From positions 1 to 63,530 of IMG/VR virus record IMGVR_UViG_3300009705_000016: 63,530 bases of DNA, one strand, 5' to 3'. The first letter of the stretch is position 1; the number at the start of each line of letters is the position of its first letter. The notes below the pieces were generated by a model. It was given only the letters and a program-made list of their open reading frames with translations, had not been told where the DNA came from and searched no databases. This document shows, piece by piece, positions 49,825 through 58,388 of the stretch. The position numbers and the translations under genes are program-made. Origin of the DNA: a virus. Taxonomy: Duplodnaviria; Caudoviricetes.

Positions 49825-50748
49825 TTAACAAGGTAATGGTGTACCATCTGGTGGACATTCAGCAAACCAATTTGCAAATTTGAGCCATGTCCTTCTCCAC
49901 CATCCTTTTCCACCATCTTTTATTATCGGTGGTATAACTAACCTACCTGAAGATTCATACTGACTAACCATCATTTGTACCGCACCAATAATTTCCTGCA
50001 ATTCTGGAATCATTCCATGTAGTCCACCAAGTGATTGTCCGTCTTTACCTACAGATTCTGGTGTAAGGGTTTGCATAAAAGATGATGCTGAATTTAAAGA
50101 ACCCATTAATGGTACAAGTTGGCTCATCATTCTTGCGTCTTCTCCGGATGCTTTACCTTCATCTCTTCCATCTGTTTCCATTTGTTCATTACCTGCGGCC
50201 ATTGGGTCATTAGAACCACCACCTTGAGATTGTCCACCCATCCAACCATCTATATCCATATCTGGTAAGAATACTGTACCTTTTGTTAAATCAGGCATCT
50301 CCCATCGTCTTTCGTTTATAACCCTTCCAATAACTCTAGATAAATCTCTTTCAGATAGTCTAGTTTTTCTTGGGTTAACTCTTTCAAAATCAACATCTAA
50401 CATTCCATAGTCTACCTTTTTATAACCATTACTAGATACTTTTACTGCTCGTCTTGGTGCTTGTTCAGCAAGAACCCCTCTAAACGTTCCTTTACCGAAT
50501 CTAGTTTTATTTTTATACTCAAATTCATAAATTGGTATTCCTGATGGAGATTTACCAACTCGTCTTATATTTTTCTTTAGTCTTGAGTCTGAATCAAACC
50601 ATCCATGTATTGTATCAAGTACTTTGCCAATTGCGAGTAAATCAAGCACCCAAGATTTCCATCTCCACTCAAGTAATAATTGTGATTCAGAAATTGTACG
50701 AACTATTCTCGTTAAGTCTGATTCTTTTAATCTAATTGTTTTTGCCAT
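49825..50748 (-). CDS. Two-leader polyprotein-like protein with peptidase S74 (intramolecular chaperone) domain
   Basis: Leader at aa 1-27; SDSRLKKNI...GIPIYEFEY...FRGVLAEQ...VDYGML at aa 53-121; second leader RKTRLSERDLSRVIGRVINE at aa 127-146. Confidence 0.7.
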   Translation of the reverse strand: MAKTIRLKESDLTRIVRTISESQLLLEWRWKSWVLDLLAIGKVLDTIHGWFDSDSRLKKNIRRVGKSPSGIPIYEFEYKNKTRFGKGTFRGVLAEQAPRRAVKVSSNGYKKVDYGMLDVDFERVNPRKTRLSERDLSRVIGRVINERRWEMPDLTKGTVFLPDMDIDGWMGGQSQGGGSNDPMAAGNEQMETDGRDEGKASGEDARMMSQLVPLMGSLNSASSFMQTLTPESVGKDGQSLGGLHGMIPELQEIIGAVQMMVSQYESSGRLVIPPIIKDGGKGWWRRTWLKFANWFAECPPDGTPLPC

Positions 50749-50783
50749 TTTTAAAATTTTTTTATTTTATTGTTTGTTATTTT

Positions 50784-50790
50784 ATAAATA
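50784..50790 (-). promoter_or_regulatory. TATTTAT element (putative late promoter)
   Basis: 35 nt upstream of ATG 50748. Confidence 0.55.
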
Positions 50791-50840
50791 TAAAGTGCTT
50801 AATAAAAAGTAACCTATACTATATTATTCCTAAATTCTAT

Positions 50841-51074
50841 TTAATACCTGTCCCTGTCCCAAGGCCATCTAAAATCACAGCACCCCATACCAAATATACA
50901 ACAAAGCCACTTTAATTGTTGTGGGTCCGTATTTGGTGGAACAGTTACACCCATCCTATCACTTAAATCTGTAAGGTGTTCAGTTGCTTTATTACCTTCT
51001 CCTCTATCTTGTTCACTAACGACTCTACGTATAAGTCTAGTTAGGTCTTTTTCTGTTAATTTAATTTTTCTCAT
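50841..51074 (-). CDS. Small leader-bearing protein with CCx5CC peptide (77 aa)
   Basis: MRKIKLTEKDLTRLIRRVVSEQ...KWLCCIFGMGCCDFRWPW. Confidence 0.7.
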   Translation of the reverse strand: MRKIKLTEKDLTRLIRRVVSEQDRGEGNKATEHLTDLSDRMGVTVPPNTDPQQLKWLCCIFGMGCCDFRWPWDRDRY

Positions 51075-52309
51075 ATTACACTTGGATTATATTTATTTCC
51101 TGCTTTATTTACTCTATTGAACCATTTTTTCATATCTTTTATGTCAGATTCAGTAATAGGGTTTGTAGTTTTTAATGTTCTTCTCTCAGTTGTTATATTC
51201 CCTTGAGTAGGTGGTGTTGAGTTACATGGTACTTCTGGACAAGACTTAGGACAACGTTTCCCAGGGGTAACACTATATGGTTTTTTACCTACACATTTAC
51301 AACACCTTTTCTTTTTAGGTGATGTTGTAGATGTACTACTAGAATCATCCTCTCCCATTTCTTGCTCTCTTTTTCTTCTACCACCATCTTTATCAATTCC
51401 AGCTTGTTTTACTTGTCTGATAAAATCTTTAAAACTTTTTGGTTTAGGGTGGTTTTCAAATACATCAGGATTTGCTACCATGAAGTCTTGAAATGCTTCT
51501 TCATTTTCTTCTGGTGGTCTAACCATCCACCAATCTCTACCACGACCATATTTAAACAATCCCCAAGCTGTTGTTAGTATTGAAAGCCATAAAACTTCAT
51601 TTATAGGTTGTCTACCACTTTGTTCTTCAAACATACCCCTGATTGTGTCTATTGGTGAACCCTCACAACATTTCATTCTCAATGCACAACAGAAAAAACC
51701 ACCTAGTATCCACTTACCTTGAGGTGTACCACTTGGTTTTGGAGGCATTGTACCCGACCTAAGATGTTTTGCACATAAACTTTCATTTCCACCTGCAGAT
51801 TTACAAGCTTTCATATTTTCCGGTGTGTCAAATTTACCTTTTTGTTTACCTCTCCCGGTATCTCTCTCCCTTAAGTCTTGTCTACCTCTCTTTTTCTCAC
51901 CTAAGGCTCTATCACGCAAACTAACAAACTCTCTATGACTTTTTGGTTTTGGTCCACCTTCAAATACATCAGGATTTGCTACCATGAAATCTTGAAATGC
52001 TTCTTCGGTTTCGTTTGGTGGTATAGTCATCCACCATCCCTCATCCTTTCCGTATTTGTAAATATCCCAAGCTAACAGAAGTGCCTTAATCCACCATTCC
52101 GTTAATAATTGTTTATTTTCATTTAGTTGTCTACCTTTTGGCTTTTGGACTCGTTTTATTCTATTAGCCACTGGATTAATCTTACTAATTAATCTTTGTA
52201 ATTGTTGTTCACTTACAACCATTTTTTGTTTTTTATTTTTAGTATAGGTTTTCCTATTACTTTTAGGTAACCCTATTTCCTCTGATAAAATTTGTTTTTT
52301 AAATTTCAT
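51071..52309 (-). CDS. Modular polyprotein-like protein with duplicated Trp-rich cassette and Cys modules (412 aa)
   Basis: GRQ...E linkers; two W-rich peptide + EEAFQDFMVANPDVFE modules; CCx5CC and CCxC...C...C...C modules. Confidence 0.7.
   Translation of the reverse strand: MKFKKQILSEEIGLPKSNRKTYTKNKKQKMVVSEQQLQRLISKINPVANRIKRVQKPKGRQLNENKQLLTEWWIKALLLAWDIYKYGKDEGWWMTIPPNETEEAFQDFMVANPDVFEGGPKPKSHREFVSLRDRALGEKKRGRQDLRERDTGRGKQKGKFDTPENMKACKSAGGNESLCAKHLRSGTMPPKPSGTPQGKWILGGFFCCALRMKCCEGSPIDTIRGMFEEQSGRQPINEVLWLSILTTAWGLFKYGRGRDWWMVRPPEENEEAFQDFMVANPDVFENHPKPKSFKDFIRQVKQAGIDKDGGRRKREQEMGEDDSSSTSTTSPKKKRCCKCVGKKPYSVTPGKRCPKSCPEVPCNSTPPTQGNITTERRTLKTTNPITESDIKDMKKWFNRVNKAGNKYNPSVI
51455..52006. 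repeat. 48-bp in-frame direct repeat, 2 copies 504 bp apart, 1 mismatch
   Basis: ttcaaatacatcaggatttgctaccatgaa(g/a)tcttgaaatgcttcttc at 51455-51502 and 51959-52006. Confidence 0.9.
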
Positions 52310-52318
52310 ATCTGTCTA

Positions 52319-55300
52319 TTATATATCTTCAAATGAAGCTCCTGTAGGAGTTATTAGGAATTCAATAAATATGAATTCAAGTGCTCTTGTTGGTTTAATG
52401 TAAATCTTACCGTTCATCTCATTTCTATCGATTTCTTCTGGGTCGTCTGATAACACAACTCTAAAGTCTGTTAAACCTCTATCTCTTCTTATAGAGTCTA
52501 ATATAGGGTTAACTAGGTCTAAGAATTGTTGTCTTACCACATCATCATTTTGTTCAAATAATAATCTAACCGCAACTGCTGAAATCAGTTTTCTAGTTTG
52601 TAATAATAATCTTCTTACATTTATTCTATCTAACGCTGATTCTTTAACTTGTAACGTCTTATTACCAAAGATAATCGGGCCTACATCACTAAATGTAGCG
52701 ATTGGATTAAGTCTACCAACATATAATGTATCTCTATCGTCTAGAGTTAGTTTTGTTCTAGCTTTAATTGCGTTAACAATACCTCTAGTATATCCAGCCG
52801 ATGCGAACCATGGGAAAGCTATATTATCTGTTAATGCTAAATTTCTAGTAACCTCACCTGTTGGTGGGATATACAATTGTTTGTTCGTATTGTTATCTCT
52901 AACTAGAACCCATGGGTAATAAGTTGCTGTATAGTTAGAATCTATAAAACTGTCTTCCATATTATTAACAGCTTCTGTTGGACTTATTTTGTTACTAGCG
53001 TCTGTAGTTGAGTTGATAAATAGGTTATAATCTGGTGTTGTTGTAATATAAAGTGAATCAGCTCTCTCAGTTTCTACCATGTCTATAGCGTCGTTTACTA
53101 AAGCTAAATTATTTACATAATCCACACCTGGAGTCGCAAACACATTAATGTCTACAGCTTCTGGATTTTCAAATTTATGTATTGCTTGTCTATAAGCGTC
53201 ATAATCAGTATTAGATTCTGTTGTAGAAATCCTTTTAAAAGAACCTAGACCAGTAGCGTCTGTATAAGTTGAGTCGGCACATGCTCCGTATTTGTAACCT
53301 GTCATCCCCAGTCTATACCCATCTAGATTTGTTCTAGTTTTTCTATACTCATCCCATCCGTCAAAACCACCATAAGGTACTAACGTGAATTTTCTAGATT
53401 GTATCTTATAATAAGGGTCTGTTGTTTTAGTTGGTTCTGATTGGAACGAAGCGTCACCCACCATAAACATAGACTTACCACTTAATGTACTAGCTGTTTC
53501 TGTTAAATAAGAACCAGAACCTGCTATAACTACAGTAGCTCCAGAATCCATGTGGAATCCTTGTGTTAAGTTTGGCCAATCACTACCTGTTGTACTAGTA
53601 CAAACAGATGTTGGTGTTTTAAACCCTTTATACTCAAAGAAATCATAATCAATTGCTGCTCCATCACCTGTTGAGTATCCTAGGTAGTTTTTTCTAATAT
53701 TATCACCAGCTGAAATTGAAGAGTTGCTCATACCTCCCGTAGAATTATAGTATGGGTCAAATATTGTTTCACCTGGGGTGAAATATTTAGTTTTCCATTT
53801 TGGGTAAGGGTTTACCGTACTACTACAAGATTCTCTAAATTTATAACCCTCAAATCCTGCTGGTAAAGCGTCCTTTAAGTCACCATCGACAACCGCATCT
53901 GCTAATTCTAACATTGTATATGTAGATTTTAACTCATATTCACCATCTGAAGTACCAATTTTTCTAGCTATAAAGTTTGGTGCTGTCGGGTCTAGTGTAC
54001 ATCTTGTGTATTTTTCAAAAACTATAGGGTTAGCATCTGTATCGTAGAAATCTCTAATAACCACATCAAACTCAACTCTTTCAAAAGAAATGTTTGTTAA
54101 TGATATTTTATATTCTCTATTACCTGATGAACCGTCTGATATAGATATAAATCTAAATAATCTAGAAACTTCATTACCTCGTAATTCCGAAACAACATAT
54201 GGTGTTCTAGGTGTTTGCCATTCATTCATGTACCAACCTAAAGATGTTCTATTAGTATTATTCCATCTTGCCGCTGGAAGATAACATACACAACAATTTA
54301 TTCCTCTAATTTTTTGTCTTCTATATAAATATTTTAATAAGTTAGGGTAAATTTCTTCTACAAAAATAGGAATTTCATTACTATCTCTATCAAATACTTT
54401 TCTTCCCAACACTCTTGATAAATAATTTTTCTTACTACTATCTAAAGATGTTGTAAATTTAGATACAACACCATCGTCAGTTTTTGCTGAAATTCCGAAG
54501 TCAGCAAATGGGTCTCTTAATATGTCTTCATAAGTCCCGTCACAATTAAAGTTTACGTCACCTTGTTTGTAACCGTCTCCTGTACTTGCACTAATTTTAT
54601 ATACTGGTCCACCAGTTGTTAATGTACTTTCACCTCTGGACCTTAAAGTTGCGATTGTCATATTGTGGTATTCCGTATCCGCACTTACACAGTCGTACGT
54701 TGAGTAACAACCACTTAATGTCATAGCTAAATAAGTTACCGCTGAACAACTTCCAGTATAGAATGTCGTAAAGGCTGAAACAGAGTTACCGGTAAAGAAC
54801 CAACTATTAGCTGGGTCTGCACTTATACTGTTATTCACTACCATACCCGCTGTTACAGCCGCTGAACCACCGTACACCAGACTATTGATAAACTTGACAT
54901 TATCACCTGTCCCACCTGGTATTAAACCAGTATTGGAGAATCCACTTATAGTTACCTGTACGGCCGTATAAGATGGTGAACTACCACCAATAGATGTTCC
55001 TGCACAACTTTGTAATTGATAGTCGGTTACCCCTCCTGAATATTGTACCGCGTTAAATGTTTCTACAGCTGCAGATAATGTACTACCTGTACCATTTGAC
55101 CCCACAAAAGGGTAAACAGTAGGTTTATATGCTGATAAACCCAACATACCAGCCCCCACATCACTACCCCAAACTTGACCTCCCGAATAAGAGAAGTAAT
55201 TATTCACACTAAAACCACCAGGTACATTGTTACCAGCGTTAGTATCTGCACCAAAGAACGACCATTCACCCCATGAGGTTGCCGATGTTGATGCTGTATA

Positions 55301-56431
55301 ACTATTTAAGTTAGTAACGTAAGTTGAACTTCCTTCACTTATTAAGTTTGGTAAAATAGCGTAAACCGTAGTTGATGTCTTATTGTCTGATGAACCGGAT
55401 ACACCTGTTAAAGTGGCTCCTTCTACATATGTTGTAGCTGTAACCGCTGAAGACGCGAACATACTAAATGAACCACCTGAATAACAACTATTTCTACAAT
55501 CAGTACCACCAGTTCCATAATCAAATAAACTATTATACCAACCATCGTTTGTGTCACCTGAAAAATCTGCGGATTGTATAGCGTTAGGGTATGTTGCTCC
55601 TGCTCCAGCTTCTCCTGGTCCTAAATCGGACTCAACACCTAATCTATTATAAACATCGACTGGTAAACCTGTCATACCTGTAATAGATGCGAATTGTATA
55701 GCTGTACATCCTGTAGGTATAAAACCATAGTGGTAATATTCAGTAGCTCCTGTTTCGTTGAATGAACTTTGGTTATTATTTAATACGTTATTGGTAAAGT
55801 GGGCTATATCCTGAACTAAGGTCCCTACAGAATCTCCTTCACCGTCATACATTGTTTCACCCGTTATCTTATTTGTTGTTCTAAATGGACCATTTTCTCC
55901 CCCAACTAATCCTGTTCCTACTGTAGCACCACTTAAAGCATCTGCAAATGCAGCGGTAACGTGATTTAACGTACTATAAATGTTAGATGCGTTTATTGTA
56001 CCACCTGTAAGTGGAACGTAAACAATGTCTGACCACCCTGTTGAGGTCATAGCTGTTGAATTAGTAGCCACATGTAATGGGTCCAACTCACCAATAGTTA
56101 ATAATTGCCATGATGGACCAGCATCATAACCAGATAAACCCAATACCCTTGTTATGAATAACTGATTTGATTGTGATAGATAAGACCGTGCTATAAATGA
56201 AGTCTCATATTTAGGAATTTGTGAGTCCGTATACTTTTCTGGGTCGGTATCCCCAAATCGATTTCTAAAGGAGTCGAAAGAATCTATAAATATAGGTTCA
56301 AACGCTGGTCCCTTTTTAGTTTCACCAACAACCCCTAAAGTTGTCACTCCCACACTCTGCGCTACGAAGGTTAAATCTTTCTCCGCGGTATAAACACCGG
56401 GAGATACGAATACTTTTGAATTTTCTGCCAT
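52319..56431 (-). CDS. Tail sheath protein (gp18-like) with a large insertion
   Basis: FVSPGVYTAEKD, GETKKGPAFEP, YYPWV, PWFASAGYTRG, GNKTLQ...ALDRINVRRLL, IKPTRALEFI. Confidence 0.93.
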   Translation of the reverse strand: MAENSKVFVSPGVYTAEKDLTFVAQSVGVTTLGVVGETKKGPAFEPIFIDSFDSFRNRFGDTDPEKYTDSQIPKYETSFIARSYLSQSNQLFITRVLGLSGYDAGPSWQLLTIGELDPLHVATNSTAMTSTGWSDIVYVPLTGGTINASNIYSTLNHVTAAFADALSGATVGTGLVGGENGPFRTTNKITGETMYDGEGDSVGTLVQDIAHFTNNVLNNNQSSFNETGATEYYHYGFIPTGCTAIQFASITGMTGLPVDVYNRLGVESDLGPGEAGAGATYPNAIQSADFSGDTNDGWYNSLFDYGTGGTDCRNSCYSGGSFSMFASSAVTATTYVEGATLTGVSGSSDNKTSTTVYAILPNLISEGSSTYVTNLNSYTASTSATSWGEWSFFGADTNAGNNVPGGFSVNNYFSYSGGQVWGSDVGAGMLGLSAYKPTVYPFVGSNGTGSTLSAAVETFNAVQYSGGVTDYQLQSCAGTSIGGSSPSYTAVQVTISGFSNTGLIPGGTGDNVKFINSLVYGGSAAVTAGMVVNNSISADPANSWFFTGNSVSAFTTFYTGSCSAVTYLAMTLSGCYSTYDCVSADTEYHNMTIATLRSRGESTLTTGGPVYKISASTGDGYKQGDVNFNCDGTYEDILRDPFADFGISAKTDDGVVSKFTTSLDSSKKNYLSRVLGRKVFDRDSNEIPIFVEEIYPNLLKYLYRRQKIRGINCCVCYLPAARWNNTNRTSLGWYMNEWQTPRTPYVVSELRGNEVSRLFRFISISDGSSGNREYKISLTNISFERVEFDVVIRDFYDTDANPIVFEKYTRCTLDPTAPNFIARKIGTSDGEYELKSTYTMLELADAVVDGDLKDALPAGFEGYKFRESCSSTVNPYPKWKTKYFTPGETIFDPYYNSTGGMSNSSISAGDNIRKNYLGYSTGDGAAIDYDFFEYKGFKTPTSVCTSTTGSDWPNLTQGFHMDSGATVVIAGSGSYLTETASTLSGKSMFMVGDASFQSEPTKTTDPYYKIQSRKFTLVPYGGFDGWDEYRKTRTNLDGYRLGMTGYKYGACADSTYTDATGLGSFKRISTTESNTDYDAYRQAIHKFENPEAVDINVFATPGVDYVNNLALVNDAIDMVETERADSLYITTTPDYNLFINSTTDASNKISPTEAVNNMEDSFIDSNYTATYYPWVLVRDNNTNKQLYIPPTGEVTRNLALTDNIAFPWFASAGYTRGIVNAIKARTKLTLDDRDTLYVGRLNPIATFSDVGPIIFGNKTLQVKESALDRINVRRLLLQTRKLISAVAVRLLFEQNDDVVRQQFLDLVNPILDSIRRDRGLTDFRVVLSDDPEEIDRNEMNGKIYIKPTRALEFIFIEFLITPTGASFEDI

Positions 56432-56474
56432 TTTAAACTATTTTAGTAATTTTAGTAATTTTATATTTTATTAA

Positions 56475-56481
56475 ATAAATA
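56475..56481 (-). promoter_or_regulatory. TATTTAT element (putative late promoter)
   Basis: 43 nt upstream of sheath ATG 56431. Confidence 0.55.
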
Positions 56482-56569
56482 TTGATTTCAATTCCAAAAG
56501 TTTCTTTAATAAACAATATAATTATATAGAGTAGGAATAAATTCTCCCTTTTTTCTACCTTTAATTAAT

Positions 56570-56716
56570 ATGAAAATAAAAAACCTTAAAATAAGACCCG
56601 AGTATCACAAACTATTAAAACAGTATTGTAAGGAACATGGTTTGGTGATGTCTCGATTTTTAGAAAAACTTATAAAAGATAAATGTGTTAAAAAACCTGA
56701 TATATATGCGGAATAA
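56570..56716 (+). CDS. Small ribbon-helix-helix-like DNA-binding protein (48 aa, not in ORF track)
   Basis: MKIKNLKIRPEYHKLLKQYCKEHGLVMSRFLEKLIKDKCVKKPDIYAE*; beta-alpha-alpha pattern; fills the intergenic gap. Confidence 0.7.
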   Translation: MKIKNLKIRPEYHKLLKQYCKEHGLVMSRFLEKLIKDKCVKKPDIYAE

Positions 56717-56718
56717 AT

Positions 56719-57813
56719 TTATGAATAAATAAGTTCTTCCAACACCATTTGAGCTGTCCCACCAGCACTTTTAACTATAGTAATCAGTAAAACATCACCG
56801 ATATTTACCTCCACCTTACCTTGTGTTGTAGTACCATTAATAGTGTAGACAACACTGGCCACATTATCTGACCTAACTAAAGTAATGGTAGCTTTATAAG
56901 AATATGTGATTGTTTTTGTGGTTTCTAAGGCTGTAAAATCTAATTTTCTTCTATACTTGTTTTTATTATAGATATTCATTTCTTTTTGGTCGACAATAGA
57001 GGGGCTACCTTTTCCTGCATTCTTTGTGTTTGTTTCTGCATCAAAAAATAATATTGACCTACTAATCGCGGGTTTAACTTCAAACTCATCCTCGTCTATT
57101 AAAAACCCTTGTAATTGGAACTGGTAGTTTTGTTGGTAATATCTTCTTTCTTCTGTATCTATAACACTCTCATCCCCTAAACTGTTTAAAATAATAGGTA
57201 TGTAGTGTCCTTTTACAAAAGTGTAAGCCTGTCTGGAACTAAATTTTTGCATTACTATTTTATTAAACCTATTAAGTTCTCTCATCCTATTACATATTAT
57301 TTTAACATCGTATATAATATCTACCGGTATTGGTTGTGGTATTGTATATATGTCCATCCCTTTTCTATTACCATCCCATGTAGGGACTTTTGCAAAATGA
57401 AATTGTTTTCTATCGGGAATGGTATATAATAAAGATGGATTGGTACCGTATTGTACATCTGGTTTTCTTACTACAACAATGAAAGGTAGTTCTACGTTTT
57501 TATCCTCTGTCGAGAAACTCCAAGTTTGTGAAAATTCACCCCATCTTTGTAATGTTAAAATTCTATCTATAACAGGTATTCTTTTACCAGAAGCAGTAGT
57601 ATCTAACTCTTTCTCAACAAAATCTAACATACCTCTATCCATATCAGCGTGTAAAACTGATTTTGGTAGGAATGTTCCATCCTCCGTTATAAGTTCACTC
57701 AACTCCCGTCTTCTATTCGGTGTTGTCAAACCATTATACCCAGAATCATATTGTGGTTGAGGTGGTCTGGGACTAATATTAATATTTGTTTTAACTTTTT
57801 TAGGTATACTCAT
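56719..57813 (-). CDS. Tail terminator/sheath stabiliser-like protein (gp15-like, putative)
   Basis: LPFIVVVR and IPQPIPVDIIYDVKI segments; lies between neck gene and sheath. Confidence 0.55.
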   Translation of the reverse strand: MSIPKKVKTNINISPRPPQPQYDSGYNGLTTPNRRRELSELITEDGTFLPKSVLHADMDRGMLDFVEKELDTTASGKRIPVIDRILTLQRWGEFSQTWSFSTEDKNVELPFIVVVRKPDVQYGTNPSLLYTIPDRKQFHFAKVPTWDGNRKGMDIYTIPQPIPVDIIYDVKIICNRMRELNRFNKIVMQKFSSRQAYTFVKGHYIPIILNSLGDESVIDTEERRYYQQNYQFQLQGFLIDEDEFEVKPAISRSILFFDAETNTKNAGKGSPSIVDQKEMNIYNKNKYRRKLDFTALETTKTITYSYKATITLVRSDNVASVVYTINGTTTQGKVEVNIGDVLLITIVKSAGGTAQMVLEELIYS

Positions 57814-58331
57814 TATATTCCGTTAAATTCATTAGGACTTACATAAGAACAAATTATAGTTCTAAAGAAAGGTTTATAACCCCCTATCGTATGTGCATTA
57901 TCTGAAACCACTCTACCGTCATTTGTAACAACATAGTATCTCATCCTATCTTCTGTTTCTGCATAACCAATATAATCCCCATAAGACACATCAATATTTA
58001 ACTCATCTAAATGTTTCATATAAACACTAACCGTCATATTTCCAGGTTCCATTTGATTTACTAGACCACTAGAGTAAGTTTTATTTTGTGGTGATGTAAT
58101 ATTAACATACCCATTAAACTCTACAGGGGCTTTATATCTAATTTCTTCAGGTCCAGCTTCACCATAGACATCATCAACATCTGTCTTTTTTTTATCCACT
58201 CTAAATAAAACTAAAGTAAAATGCATGTCACCATGCAACCATTCCATTCCCATATCCTGTTCTAACTTAAAATCCTGGGAGCCAAAGAAACGTGATATCC
58301 TAGTAATTGGTATTTTTTTCTGTTCTGCCAT
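57813..58331 (-). CDS. Neck/head-closure protein (gp14-like, putative)
   Basis: DDVYGEA...Y..PVE and GDYIGY patterns; synteny upstream of gp15-like and sheath genes. Confidence 0.55.
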   Translation of the reverse strand: MAEQKKIPITRISRFFGSQDFKLEQDMGMEWLHGDMHFTLVLFRVDKKKTDVDDVYGEAGPEEIRYKAPVEFNGYVNITSPQNKTYSSGLVNQMEPGNMTVSVYMKHLDELNIDVSYGDYIGYAETEDRMRYYVVTNDGRVVSDNAHTIGGYKPFFRTIICSYVSPNEFNGI

Positions 58332-58337
58332 ATAATA

Positions 58338-58344
58338 ATAAATA
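58338..58344 (-). promoter_or_regulatory. TATTTAT element (putative late promoter)
   Basis: 6 nt upstream of ATG 58331. Confidence 0.55.
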
Positions 58345-58349
58345 GTTTG

Positions 58350-58378
58350 TTGTCTATGTTATGGTTTTATATTATATT
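58350..58378 (+). promoter_or_regulatory. Possible sigma70-type promoter for the SNF2 gene
   Basis: TTGTCT-N17-TATATT ending 10 nt before ATG 58389. Confidence 0.35.
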
Positions 58379-58388
58379 TTAATAACAT

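Noticed and set aside
51455-52006. 48-bp repeat as a DGR or mobile-element boundary
   Set aside because: Both copies are in frame within one ORF; no transposase, RT or target-site duplication seen
466-57760. Dozens of short + strand ORFs in the track (e.g. 23605..24120, 33393..33881, 45101..45496)
   Set aside because: They lie antisense within long, motif-bearing minus-strand genes and have shadow-ORF composition with no recognisable motifs
22935-58331. Bacterial contractile injection system or tailocin rather than a phage
   Set aside because: Interleaved phage replication genes (gp32, UvsX-like, helicase, NrdJ) and neck-type genes point to a phage genome
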